Of a DNA stretch of 64,000 bases, positions 1-9,725 are shown piece by piece. The DNA lies in assembly GCA_964577535.1 (NCBI GenBank), contig CAZNZO010000006.1, forward strand, positions 24,550 to 88,549. The letters run 5' to 3'. This stretch comes from an uncultured Oscillospiraceae bacterium (lineage in GTDB: Bacteria; Bacillota; Clostridia; Christensenellales; CAG-314). The position numbers and the translations under genes were made by a program. Numbering within the stretch: position 1 is the first letter of the stretch; every line of letters starts with the position of its first letter. The notes beneath the pieces are model-generated. The model ran no database searches, was not told the DNA's origin, and worked only from the letters and a program-made list of their open reading frames with translations.

Positions 1-901
1 TGCTGGGCACCACGCCAATGGGGTCGCCAAGCAAGAAGGTTGCCGTGCGAACGTGATCGGCAATTACGCGCATTGCCTTGGTGGTTTTTGCATCCGTTCC
101 GTAAGTTTTGCCGGAAAGTTGTTGGATTTTTGCCAAAGCATCGGCAAACAGGTCGATATCGTAGACGGATTTTAGGCCGTTAAGCACGCAAACGGTGCGT
201 TCCAAGCCCATGCCCGTATCCACGTTCTTTTGCGCAAGAGGCGCATAGGTGCCGTCTGCTTGACGGTTGAATTGCATAAATACGTTGTTCCAAATTTCCA
301 AATACTTTCCGCAATCGCAACTGGGGTCGCAGTGGTCGCTGCAAGCAGGTTTGCCGGTATCCCAAAAGATTTCCGTATCGGGGCCGCAGGGACCGGTTGT
401 GCCGGCAATCCACCAGTTGTTCTTTTTGGGCAAATAGAAAATGCGTTGTTTGGGGATGCCGCATTCTTCCCAAATTTTTGCAGATTTTTCGTCACGAGCG
501 GCATCTTCGTCGCCAGCAAACACCGTTACGGAAAGACGATTTGCATCCAAACCGAGATATTCTTTGCTGGTCAAAAATTCGTAGCTCCAACGGATGGATT
601 CTTCGTTGAAGTAGTCTCCCAAAGACCAGTTGCCAAGCATTTCGAAAAAGGTGAGGTGGCTGTCGTCACCAACTTCTTCAATGTCGCCGGTGCGAACGCA
701 CTTTTGCACGTCGGTTAGGCGGTTACCTTTGGGGTGTTTTTGTCCCAAAAGGTAGGGAATTAGCGGATGCATGCCTGCCGTTGTGAACAACACGGAGGGG
801 TCGTTTTCCGGAATTAGGCTGGCCGATTGAATTATTTCGTGGCCTCTTTCGTGAAAGAAACTCAAAAATTTGTTGCGTAGATATTGTGAAGTGATTTTCA
901 T
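1..901 (-). CDS. alaS: alanine--tRNA ligase, N-terminal ~300 codons (gene continues past window start)
   Basis: Hand translation from ATG 901..899 (GAGGA SD upstream) gives MKITSQYLRNKFLSFFHERGHEIIQSASLIPENDPSVLFTTAGMHPLIPYLLG...CVRTGDIEEVGDDSHLTFFEMLGNWSLGDYF and stays open to position 1. These are AlaRS core motifs. The ORF is missing from the track only because no stop codon lies in the window. Confidence 0.9.
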   Translation of the reverse strand, partial: MKITSQYLRNKFLSFFHERGHEIIQSASLIPENDPSVLFTTAGMHPLIPYLLGQKHPKGNRLTDVQKCVRTGDIEEVGDDSHLTFFEMLGNWSLGDYFNEESIRWSYEFLTSKEYLGLDANRLSVTVFAGDEDAARDEKSAKIWEECGIPKQRIFYLPKKNNWWIAGTTGPCGPDTEIFWDTGKPACSDHCDPSCDCGKYLEIWNNVFMQFNRQADGTYAPLAQKNVDTGMGLERTVCVLNGLKSVYDIDLFADALAKIQQLSGKTYGTDAKTTKAMRVIADHVRTATFLLGDPIGVVPS

Positions 902-1016
902 ATTTCCTCTGTTGGCGGAAACCGCCGTTTGTTAAATTTGCAAAAACTCATTGCAATAGTAAAGACACAAAGCAGCGCTTCGCGTCTTTACGAACGTTAT
1001 TAAGCTAAAAAACTTT

Positions 1017-1919
1017 TTAGGCAACGGCTTCCTTTGCCTTTTTGCTTCTGTTGCCCAACGAAATGAAGAAGAACAACCAGTATTGAACGGGAATGACAAT
1101 TGCCATGTAGCCAATTTGATAGGTGCCAACGGTGAACACGTTTGCAATTGCTTGTATGAAGCCTTCGGCCGGAGCAACAAAGTTGAACACGAATGCAACG
1201 CCCACCCAAAGTGTGGCAAGAATGGCCATGATTAGGTAGAACAAGTTTTTGCGTTTGTTCTTTCTTCCGCTGAAAATGCGTACCAAATATGTGAAGAATT
1301 GAACTAGCAAGGTGATTTCCGTGATGCAAATCAACAATACAACAATGATCCCGCCTGTTCCCCATGCTTCGGAAACAATTTCGAATGCAGCACCGGCATC
1401 TTCAAGAATAACTTCCGTAATGATTGCAAGCACGTCGTCGCCGTATAGGTTACCACTGCTGCTTGTGAGAAGGCCACCGTCTATTTGAATGAGAAATTCG
1501 GGACGATACGCAACGGACAGGAAAGGCAATAAGTAGCAAACCAAAACAAGCAACAGCGAGAAGAATGCAACCCATCTTGCTCCACTTTTGGATTTTTTGG
1601 GTGCCGCAACACTTGCAGCTGCTTCGGGAGAAGCGTATTTCACATTGCCGAAGCTATATCCGCAACTGCACACGTTTTCGTTTGCATCCACTTCTTTGTG
1701 GCACTTGGGGCAAATTTTGGTTTGAGCGCCAACACGCAAGGGTGCACCGCACGCACCGCAGAAACTTGCCATTGGAGAGTTGGTTTTGTGACACTTGTGA
1801 CAAACTATCACTTCTTGCGGCACGGCTAGTTGTTGTCCGCAACTGGAACAATACTTGGCGTTTAGCGCATTGGCTTTTCCGCAACGAGGACACACGTTGA
1901 AACTATTGGAACTCGACAT
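1017..1919 (-). CDS. zinc-ribbon domain membrane protein
   Basis: 300 aa. The N-terminus has three CxxC..CxxC zinc-ribbon units (CPRCG..CSSCG, CHKCH..CGACG, CPKCH..CSCG) and the C-terminal half is polytopic hydrophobic. GGGAGG SD. The ATG abuts the stop of the upstream gene. Confidence 0.6.
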   Translation of the reverse strand: MSSSNSFNVCPRCGKANALNAKYCSSCGQQLAVPQEVIVCHKCHKTNSPMASFCGACGAPLRVGAQTKICPKCHKEVDANENVCSCGYSFGNVKYASPEAAASVAAPKKSKSGARWVAFFSLLLVLVCYLLPFLSVAYRPEFLIQIDGGLLTSSSGNLYGDDVLAIITEVILEDAGAAFEIVSEAWGTGGIIVVLLICITEITLLVQFFTYLVRIFSGRKNKRKNLFYLIMAILATLWVGVAFVFNFVAPAEGFIQAIANVFTVGTYQIGYMAIVIPVQYWLFFFISLGNRSKKAKEAVA

Positions 1920-2807
1920 TTATTTTTTCCTCCCTTTTATTTCTTTGGGCGCGCCGCACGACGTGCAATAAGCGTCGGTGGCATCGTTAACTTTTTCACA
2001 TTTGGGGCAAACCCACTTTTCGTTGCTTTCGGGGCTAGTTCCGTCGAACGACCACTGACATTTTGTGCAGAAGGTGTTGCCAACGGGATTTTCCGTTCCG
2101 CAATTGGGGCAATACTTTTTTATTTCTTCCACGTCCAGTTTGAAACCGCAATTTACGCAGAACGATTCGTCCGGCGGATTTAGCGTTCCGCAACTGGTGC
2201 AAATTTTCTTTTTGCCACGCTCGTCTTCCAAAAAGGCTTGTGTTACCATTGTTTCGCCAACGCTAACGCTTTCGTGCACTACTTGCATTTCTTGCGTGTC
2301 GGAATTGGCCAAAGTGCAAAAACAATAGGAACAAAATTGCGATTCCAAATTGTTGGGGCGACCGCAATGCGGGCAAATTTTGCGCCTAACAACACGGTGA
2401 TCGTGCAATTTTGCAACGGGCGTGCCGCACTTTTGACAATAGATTGCGTGTATGGGCACCAGCGCACCACAACCGGGGCACTGCGCTGTTTCGGCCGGAG
2501 TAGACAGCGAAATTCCGCCGTACACCTCGTTCATTTGCTCGCGCAAATCGATGGGCACGGGGGCGTAGCCTTCTTCGTCGCCGGCTTGCACCTCTTCTAG
2601 GGAAGTTTGCTCTGCTGCCGGTGCGGGAATGGCAACGGAATGCAACTTGTTGCCGCAGTTGATGCAAAAGTCGAACGACTTGTCGTTGACGGCTCCGCAA
2701 TGCGGGCAAAGCGTTTCTTCCTGAAACACAAACGCCGTTTCGCCGCAGTTGCAACAAAACTCGCAATCGTTTGAGTTTATTTCTCCGCAGTTCTTACAAA
2801 CTTTCAT
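1920..2807 (-). CDS. multi zinc-ribbon repeat protein
   Basis: 295 aa with about 14 CxxC pairs arranged as repeated double zinc ribbons (CKNCG..CCNCG, CPHCG..CINCG, CPGCG..CQKCG, CTSCG..CVNCG, CPNCG..CTKC, CPKC..CTSCG). No other domain recognised. Confidence 0.6.
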   Translation of the reverse strand: MKVCKNCGEINSNDCEFCCNCGETAFVFQEETLCPHCGAVNDKSFDFCINCGNKLHSVAIPAPAAEQTSLEEVQAGDEEGYAPVPIDLREQMNEVYGGISLSTPAETAQCPGCGALVPIHAIYCQKCGTPVAKLHDHRVVRRKICPHCGRPNNLESQFCSYCFCTLANSDTQEMQVVHESVSVGETMVTQAFLEDERGKKKICTSCGTLNPPDESFCVNCGFKLDVEEIKKYCPNCGTENPVGNTFCTKCQWSFDGTSPESNEKWVCPKCEKVNDATDAYCTSCGAPKEIKGRKK

Positions 2808-2844
2808 TTTTACCGCCTTTAAGCAAAAAACTATGCTAATGAAT

Positions 2845-2873
2845 AATATATACCTTTAAGGGTTGTTTGTCAA
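2845..2873 (-). promoter_or_regulatory. sigma-A type promoter for the zinc-ribbon gene pair
   Basis: TTGACA (2873..2868), 17-nt spacer, TATATT (2850..2845); 37 nt upstream of ATG 2807. Confidence 0.55.
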
Positions 2874-2874
2874 C

Positions 2875-4518
2875 CTACTTTTTTGCAGCGTTGAAACTAT
2901 CTTTGAGGCCGACAATCTCGTTAAACACCAATTTTTGCGGTGTGGAATCCTTATCCAAAACGTAGTAGCCAACACGCATAAATTGGAATTTATCTTCCAC
3001 TCTTGCCAAAGCCAAACTCTTTTCGGCCTTGGCGGAAACCACCTTCAAACTGTCTTCGTTGAAACGCAGGTTGAAATCGGTTACGCCATCCACCACGTCG
3101 TTTAGCAAACTTTGCAATTTGCGCACTTCCACGTCCAAACAGTCGTTGGCATCCACCCATTGAACAACGCCCTTAACTTTGATGCCGCTTTCGTCGTGGC
3201 CGGACTTGGAGTTTGGCACAACGGAGCAGTGCAATTCGGCAACTTCGCCATTTTCGTCTAGCACAACGTCGTCGCAATGAATGATATACGCGCCCTTCAA
3301 ACGAACATATCCATCCGGTTTTAGGCGGTGATATTTGGGCGGTGGAACAAGTGCAAAGTCGCTGCGATCAATATACAATTCCTTGCTGAACGGCACGTCG
3401 CGATAGGTGACGACTTCGGCGTTGGGGTTATCTTCCACTTGCAACGTTTCAACACCGTCGTAGTTGGTTAACACCACTTTCAATGGGTCGAACACAACCA
3501 TAACACGGTTGGCGTTAGCATTCAAATTTTCGCGAACGCAGGATTGCAAATAGCCTTCTTCCACTTCGCTGTTGGCCTTGGAAACACCAATTCTTTCACA
3601 GAAATCGCGCAACGCTTCGGCTGGATAGCCACGTCTGCGCAAGCCGGATAGCGTGGGCATACGGGGGTCGTCCCATCCCAAAACCTTGCCTTCGTCCACA
3701 AGCTTTTTCAAAAAACGTTTGGACATGATGGTGTTGGTTATGTTCAATCGTGCAAATTCAATTTGTTGCGGACGAGGTTCGGGAAATTCACATTCACGAA
3801 CAACCCAATCGTACAAAGGACGGTGATCTTCGAATTCTAGCGTGCAAATAGAGTGCGTGATGCCTTCGTAGGCGTCTTCGATGGGGTGCGCAAAGTCGTA
3901 CATAGGATATATGCACCACTTATCGCCTGTGTTGTGATGGGTTGCATGCAGCACGCGGTAGATAACGGGGTCGCGCATGTTGATGTTGGGCGATGCCATG
4001 TCTATTTTGGCGCGCAAAACTTTTGTTCCGTCTTGGAACTTGCCGTCGCGCATATCGTAGAACAATTGCAAGTTTTCTTCCACCGTGCGGTTGCGGAAGG
4101 GGCTTTCTTCCCCTGCTTCCGTCAAGGTGCCACGGCGCATTCTAATTTCTTCCGCCGTTTCGTCGCTGACGTATGCCAAGCCCTTTTTGATAAGCTTAAC
4201 GGCGCTTTCGAACATCACGTCGAAATAGTCGCTGGCGAACAAAAGTTTATCCCACTTGAAGCCCAGCCATTGAATATCTCTTTTGATGCTTTCAACGTAT
4301 TCTTCCCCTTCCTTAACGGGGTTTGTGTCGTCAAAACGCAAATTGCATTTGCCGTGATATTTTTCCGCAAAGCCAAAGTTTATGCACAAACTTTTGGCGT
4401 GTCCAACGTGCAAATAGCCGTTGGGTTCGGGCGGAAAACGAGTGTATACTTCCGTGACCTTGCCACTTTCTAGGTCGTTATCGATAATTTCTTCAATAAA
4501 ATTTTTAGATTCGCTCAT
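2875..4518 (-). CDS. glnS: glutamine--tRNA ligase
   Basis: 547 aa. FPPEPNGYLHVGHAKS (HIGH motif), IMSKR (KMSKS variant) and GlnRS-type length and C-terminal domain. Confidence 0.93.
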   Translation of the reverse strand: MSESKNFIEEIIDNDLESGKVTEVYTRFPPEPNGYLHVGHAKSLCINFGFAEKYHGKCNLRFDDTNPVKEGEEYVESIKRDIQWLGFKWDKLLFASDYFDVMFESAVKLIKKGLAYVSDETAEEIRMRRGTLTEAGEESPFRNRTVEENLQLFYDMRDGKFQDGTKVLRAKIDMASPNINMRDPVIYRVLHATHHNTGDKWCIYPMYDFAHPIEDAYEGITHSICTLEFEDHRPLYDWVVRECEFPEPRPQQIEFARLNITNTIMSKRFLKKLVDEGKVLGWDDPRMPTLSGLRRRGYPAEALRDFCERIGVSKANSEVEEGYLQSCVRENLNANANRVMVVFDPLKVVLTNYDGVETLQVEDNPNAEVVTYRDVPFSKELYIDRSDFALVPPPKYHRLKPDGYVRLKGAYIIHCDDVVLDENGEVAELHCSVVPNSKSGHDESGIKVKGVVQWVDANDCLDVEVRKLQSLLNDVVDGVTDFNLRFNEDSLKVVSAKAEKSLALARVEDKFQFMRVGYYVLDKDSTPQKLVFNEIVGLKDSFNAAKK

Positions 4519-4542
4519 AACTTTTTCCTTACCTTTTTTTGC

Positions 4543-6105
4543 TTACTCTTCGTCGCCGGTATATTCGGGAATTTGATCGTCGGCATAAAAGTCGTCGCCG
4601 GCGGGTGCTTCCAATTCCTCGTCGCCTGCAACACCCAAATCCATCACTTCGTCTTCCGGCGCTTGTTGCTGTTGTTGCGCTTCGGCAGACAAATTGATGC
4701 GATTGCGAATGAGATATTCGTCGTCGGCAAAACGAACGATTTTGCCAATCCAGTGAAGAGGAATTGTTGCCGTTTCACCGTTACGGTGCTTGGCAACTAT
4801 CAAACTGTAGTTAACAACACCGCTTTGTGCGTTGGCATCTTTGTGAATAAACAAAACTATGTCGGCGTCCTGTTCGATTGCGCCCGATTCGCGCAAGTCG
4901 GACAAAACAGGTTCGCTGGAACCGGATTTTTCGCCCTTTATGTTGCGGATTTCCGCATCACGCTTCAACTGCGACAAGGCAATTACGGGAACGTTCAATT
5001 CCTTTGCCATAAGTTTTAGCGCACGAGTGATGTTTGCAACTTGGTTTTGACGGCTTTCGTCGCGCAAACCGGATGCATCGCTGTTCATAAGCTGAATGTA
5101 GTCGATAACGACAAGATCCAGCCCGTGCATGGTTTTTAGGCGACGGCATTGCGAAACAATTTCCGAAGGCTTTATGCTGGCAAAGTCGTTGCCATACAAT
5201 TGCATTTTGGAACAAATAATATCCTGTGCGGTGCGCAAGCGTTCCAAATCCGTTTCGCTGTTGGGAAGTTGACCGTTTTTGATGTATTCCAGCGGCACCG
5301 AAGACATGCTGGAAAGCATACGTTCCACCAACTGTTCGTTGGACATTTCCAAACTGAACACGGCAACGGTTTTGCCGCTTTTTGCAACGTTTTCCACAAT
5401 GTTCATGGCCATTGCCGATTTACCAACACCGGGACGGGCTGCCAAAACAATAAGTTCGCCGCCGTGCAAGCCGTTGGTTAGGCGGTCGAATTTTGCAAAG
5501 CCTGTTTCCATTCCGCGGAATTGATCGGGATTGCGGAAACGTTCGCTAATTTTGAACAAAACGTTGGCTGTTTCGCCGGCAAGGTGCACCAAGCCGCCGT
5601 TTGCGCCACGCTGCGACAAATTGAAAATGGCTTCTTCCGCTTGGCTTATTGCTTCTTCCGCACTGGCAGAACTATATGCAATTTTGGTGATATCTCCGCA
5701 AATGTTGATAAGTTTGCGCATAACGGCGGCACGCTTAACAATGGAAACGTATTCATCAAAATTGGCAGTGCCGGGCAAAACGTTGTTCAAATGCAAAACG
5801 TAGTCGATATCCCCCACCTTTGCCAAATTGCCGTTGCGGCGCAAAGCATCCACCACGGTTGTGAAGTTGACGGTGTTAACTACCAGTTGACCTTCCACTT
5901 TGTGCGTACCACGGGAAATTTCCTTCATGGTTTCGAAAATTATTGCATGGTTGGGCTGATAGAAATCGTCCGCATCCAACTGGGCAAGAATTTCCAATTG
6001 CAAATCGGCGTTGCGCATTATGCAACACAAAACGTTTTGTTCTGCCTCCACGCTGTTGGGCATGGTTGTGTAGGGCACTGTGTTTTGTTCGTTCTTCTTT
6101 GGCAT
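4543..6105 (-). CDS. dnaB: replicative DNA helicase DnaB with acidic C-terminal extension
   Basis: Walker A LAARPGVGKSAMAMN and DnaB N- and C-domains. I prefer ATG 6105 (AAGGAG SD 8 nt upstream) over the track GTG at 6114, which abuts the SD. Confidence 0.93.
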   Translation of the reverse strand: MPKKNEQNTVPYTTMPNSVEAEQNVLCCIMRNADLQLEILAQLDADDFYQPNHAIIFETMKEISRGTHKVEGQLVVNTVNFTTVVDALRRNGNLAKVGDIDYVLHLNNVLPGTANFDEYVSIVKRAAVMRKLINICGDITKIAYSSASAEEAISQAEEAIFNLSQRGANGGLVHLAGETANVLFKISERFRNPDQFRGMETGFAKFDRLTNGLHGGELIVLAARPGVGKSAMAMNIVENVAKSGKTVAVFSLEMSNEQLVERMLSSMSSVPLEYIKNGQLPNSETDLERLRTAQDIICSKMQLYGNDFASIKPSEIVSQCRRLKTMHGLDLVVIDYIQLMNSDASGLRDESRQNQVANITRALKLMAKELNVPVIALSQLKRDAEIRNIKGEKSGSSEPVLSDLRESGAIEQDADIVLFIHKDANAQSGVVNYSLIVAKHRNGETATIPLHWIGKIVRFADDEYLIRNRINLSAEAQQQQQAPEDEVMDLGVAGDEELEAPAGDDFYADDQIPEYTGDEE

Positions 6106-6188
6106 TTGGGCCACTCCTTTATGACAAAATGACGATTTTTCGCAATTATAAGCAAAAAGCGCAAACCGCCGCTAATTATCCATATAGC

Positions 6189-6217
6189 ATTATACTATTA
6201 TTTTGCAGATAAATCAA
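6189..6217 (-). promoter_or_regulatory. sigma-A type promoter upstream of dnaB-glnS
   Basis: TTGATT (6217..6212), 17-nt spacer, TATAAT (6194..6189). Confidence 0.5.
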
Positions 6218-6285
6218 TCACCTTGCGCAAAAAGGTGCAAGCAAATTTTAAAATAAAAATAACGCAAAAAACACACTTTGCGCCG

Positions 6286-7506
6286 TCAATCAACTTCCGG
6301 GCGCGGCAAAATCCCCCTAACAACCACTTTGTTGACCATTTTGTAGCTGTTTTGCCTTATTTTTAGGCGTTTAACAAGTCTATTTCCGTCATAGTAGTTC
6401 AAAAAAGACTGCGACACTACGCCATCGCTACCACCGGAAAGCACTTTGAATTGGTCGCAATAGATAATATCCGGATATTTTTGCGCATCAAAAATTTCCA
6501 CCACCTCGAAGGGCGTGCGCTGGGCAACGCTTTCTCGCACCACTTTGCAGGCGTTGGGCAGGCCAAAAACCGTGCAAGTTATGGTTTGGCTGGATTCGTT
6601 CACCTTTGCCGAAACGTAGACGGGGCAAGCCGTTGTGTTGGTGAAGGTCAAATCTGCGCCGCCATCGGATACCATTGCATCGAAACCTGCCTCAACATAG
6701 GAGGAAACAAGAGAATGCTGACACGCCGACGGCAGAAATTCGGCAAGTAGCAACGCATTATAAAGCGTGGTGGAAACTTGGCACACACCACCGCCCACAC
6801 CGTCCACGTAGGCGCCGTCCACAATAACTTTGGAAGAGCGGTAGCCGCGTTCGGCAGTGCGTGGTCCAACAGTTTTATTGAAGGAAAATTTTTCTCCCGA
6901 ACCAACCACTGTGCCATCCAGTGCCTGCGCAGCAAGAACAACGTTTTGCAAACGATTAGTGTTGCCGGCGAAAAAAGTGGTTGAAAAACTGCCCTTTTGC
7001 GTTGTTTTTTGTTTTAGCTCAGGCACCGTGACGGCGGCATCTGTAACTGTGGGTAACTTTATTGTTTTTTCGCCCTGCAACATTTTGTTGAACAGCGCAA
7101 GTTGGTTGATATAAACGCCGTTTTGCCCCTCGGTGTAGTGAAAACCGCTTTGGTCGAAACTTACCGTTGCATCTTGTTTTTGACGTTCCACAAAACGGAA
7201 ACAATGCAAAATTTTGTCGAAATTTGGCAAAATGTAGTTGAAAATGGCAGAATTTGGCAGTTGCATTGCTTGTAAATGCTGTGCCAGCGCTTGTTTTTGG
7301 CGCAACGAGCCGAAGAACGCACGCGGCTGCGCATTGTTGCAACCGATCATTTCCTGTTTTAGCGAATAGTGAAAGACAACGTCGCCGAAAGTTACGTCGG
7401 CTTCCACGTTCCACGGCAGTTGCTTTGCTTGCGCCACAGGGCAAAGAAAAACGCTTGCAAAAACTGCAAGCGCAAATAGTAAGGTTAAAATTGTTTTTGT
7501 TTTCAT
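6286..7506 (-). CDS. VanW family protein (secreted)
   Basis: 406 aa. N-terminal signal peptide MKTKTILTLLFALAVFASVF and the VanW signature GGGVCQVSTTLYNA. Confidence 0.8.
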   Translation of the reverse strand: MKTKTILTLLFALAVFASVFLCPVAQAKQLPWNVEADVTFGDVVFHYSLKQEMIGCNNAQPRAFFGSLRQKQALAQHLQAMQLPNSAIFNYILPNFDKILHCFRFVERQKQDATVSFDQSGFHYTEGQNGVYINQLALFNKMLQGEKTIKLPTVTDAAVTVPELKQKTTQKGSFSTTFFAGNTNRLQNVVLAAQALDGTVVGSGEKFSFNKTVGPRTAERGYRSSKVIVDGAYVDGVGGGVCQVSTTLYNALLLAEFLPSACQHSLVSSYVEAGFDAMVSDGGADLTFTNTTACPVYVSAKVNESSQTITCTVFGLPNACKVVRESVAQRTPFEVVEIFDAQKYPDIIYCDQFKVLSGGSDGVVSQSFLNYYDGNRLVKRLKIRQNSYKMVNKVVVRGILPRPEVD

Positions 7507-8315
7507 ATTCCCAATATCTTTTTGGTGTAGCTGTTGGGCGAAAAGGTTTGCGAGCCAAGCGCGACGCCGTGCGTGTAGTCGTGAAAATCGCTGCCTCCGG
7601 TGACGATAAGCCTATATTTTTTCGCCATTTTGCAATAGAATTTGCGCTCGGCGTTATTGTGTGTGAAATACTGCGCTTCAATACCACCCAAGCCGGCAAG
7701 CACCAGCGGATGCAAAAATTTTTCGAACTGCGAAAAGGGCATGTGAAAGTTTTTGGGATGTGCCAAAACGGGGATTCCGCCAAACTTCAATGCAAACTGA
7801 ATGGCCTCCACCGGCGTTAGACGGCGTGTTTGAACATAGCAACATTTGCCTGTGCCAAGATACTTATCGAAAGCTTCCGTTGCGTTTTGGCAATAGCCGC
7901 GCTTAACCATTTCGCGGGCAATTTCGCCACGCCCGATGGATCCATCGGATTTTAGCGACAAAATGTCAATATCTATGCCGTTTTCGTTGAATTTTTGTTG
8001 CATAAGGCGGTTGCGTTCGGTGCGGAAATTGGCAATTCGTTGCATTTCCGTCACAAATTCGGGGTCGGAAAAATCCAAATTGTATGCCAAAACGTGCACT
8101 TCACGGCCGGCCGCAACGGTGGAAAGTTCCACTCCGCAAAGGCATTTTATGCCAACCTCTTCCGCTCTTTTTTGCGCACGCAAAACGCCGCCCACCGTAT
8201 CGTGATCGGTAACGGCAACGCAATCCAGCCCTTTTTCTTTGGCCATATCTATTAGTTGTTCCGGCGAAAAAATACCGTCCGAAACGTTGGAATGTAGGTG
8301 AAAATCGCACTTCAT
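7503..8315 (-). CDS. PHP domain phosphoesterase (TrpH/YciV-like)
   Basis: 270 aa. MKCDFHLHSNVSDG and VAVTDHDTVGG are PHP motifs. 4-nt overlap with the vanW-like start. Confidence 0.8.
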   Translation of the reverse strand: MKCDFHLHSNVSDGIFSPEQLIDMAKEKGLDCVAVTDHDTVGGVLRAQKRAEEVGIKCLCGVELSTVAAGREVHVLAYNLDFSDPEFVTEMQRIANFRTERNRLMQQKFNENGIDIDILSLKSDGSIGRGEIAREMVKRGYCQNATEAFDKYLGTGKCCYVQTRRLTPVEAIQFALKFGGIPVLAHPKNFHMPFSQFEKFLHPLVLAGLGGIEAQYFTHNNAERKFYCKMAKKYRLIVTGGSDFHDYTHGVALGSQTFSPNSYTKKILGI

Positions 8316-8321
8316 ATAGTA

Positions 8322-8350
8322 AATATATCAAATCATTTGCAGTTTGTCAA
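8322..8350 (-). promoter_or_regulatory. sigma-A type promoter placed for a leaderless transcript
   Basis: TTGACA (8350..8345), 17-nt spacer, TATATT (8327..8322), then TACTAT, then ATG 8315. No SD fits. Confidence 0.55.
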
Positions 8351-8712
8351 CAGCAGGCAAAGGCAAAAAAAATGTGGCAAAACCGATGCCGTACACCTGG
8401 CAAATTGTCAAGTTAGGTGCAACACTTTTGAGAATTTCCATTGGATAAATCTTTCGTTTTTTTCAACGTGATGCTTTATTGGAACTGGCACTTATCAATG
8501 CCAAGTTCTTTTTTTACGTTGCAAAACTTACTCCCAAAAGATTTCTTTTGCCATTTTTCACAATAATTTTGAAAATAGCACCGAAAAAGTTCGTTTCGCT
8601 GGCTTTTTGCGCAGCTTTGTTGTTTTCCGCTGCTAAAACACAATTGCAACACAGCAACAAGGGTTCCGCAAATGCGAAACCCTTGTTTTAAACTATGCAA
8701 CTTTTTGCAAAA

Positions 8713-9711
8713 CTATTTTGCCAAAGAAACTGCAACTGCGCATGCAACGGTGGCACCGACCATGGGGTTGTTGCCCATGCCGATGAGGCCCATCATTTCG
8801 ACGTGAGCAGGAACGGAAGAGGAACCTGCAAATTGAGCGTCGGAGTGCATACGTCCCATAGTATCCGTCATGCCGTAGGAAGCCGGACCTGCTGCAACGT
8901 TATCGGGGTGCAAAGTTCTGCCTGTGCCGCCACCGCTAGCAACGGAGAAATACTTCTTGCCGTTTTCGATACACCATTTCTTGTAGGTGCCCGCAACGGG
9001 GTGTTGGAAACGAGTGGGGTTGGTGCTGTTACCTGTGATGGAAACGTCTACCTTTTCGAAACGCATAATTGCAACGCCTTCGTTAACGTCGTCTGCGCCG
9101 TAGCAACGAACCTTGGAGCGTTCGCCGTCGGAGAACGGAACTTCACGCACGATTTTTAGTTCGCCTGTGTAGTAGTCGTATTGAGTTTGAACATAGGTGA
9201 AACCGTTGATACGAGAAATGACGTATGCGGCATCTTTTCCAAGACCGTTCAAAATTACGCGGAGCGGTTTTTTGCGAGCTTTGTTTGCGTTACGAGCAAT
9301 GCCGATAGCGCCTTCTGCTGCTGCAAAACTTTCGTGTCCGGCCAAGAATGCGAAGCAATCGGTTTCTTCGCGAAGCAACATTGCGCCCAAATTGCCGTGT
9401 CCCAAACCAACTTTACGTTGATCGGCAACAGAACCGGGGATGCAGAATGCTTGAAGACCCAAGCCGATGCATTCGGAAACTTCCGCTGCGGATTTTACGC
9501 CTTGTTTGAATGCAATTGCGCAACCAAGAGTGTATGCCCAAACAGCGTTTTCGAAAGCGATGGGTTGAACGCCCTTAACGATTTCTTCAACGTTTACGCC
9601 GTGAGACAAGCACAAATCGCGTGCTTCTTCCAAGGAAGCCAAGCCGTACTTTTTAAGTTCGGAATTGATTTTGTCTATTCTTCTTTCGTAACCTTCAAAT
9701 GTGATAGCCAT
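8713..9711 (-). CDS. GGGtGRT family protein (function unknown)
   Basis: 332 aa containing the exact signature SVASGGGTGRTLHPDN. Confidence 0.8.
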   Translation of the reverse strand: MAITFEGYERRIDKINSELKKYGLASLEEARDLCLSHGVNVEEIVKGVQPIAFENAVWAYTLGCAIAFKQGVKSAAEVSECIGLGLQAFCIPGSVADQRKVGLGHGNLGAMLLREETDCFAFLAGHESFAAAEGAIGIARNANKARKKPLRVILNGLGKDAAYVISRINGFTYVQTQYDYYTGELKIVREVPFSDGERSKVRCYGADDVNEGVAIMRFEKVDVSITGNSTNPTRFQHPVAGTYKKWCIENGKKYFSVASGGGTGRTLHPDNVAAGPASYGMTDTMGRMHSDAQFAGSSSVPAHVEMMGLIGMGNNPMVGATVACAVAVSLAK

Positions 9712-9725
9712 TGTCTTTTCCTCCC

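Noticed and set aside
902-1016. T-box leader upstream of alaS (and of glnS)
   Set aside because: Only ~115 nt are available before alaS, and that space is occupied by the neighbouring gene's terminator hairpin and a weak promoter. glnS follows dnaB after 24 nt. I saw no specifier or T-box sequence.
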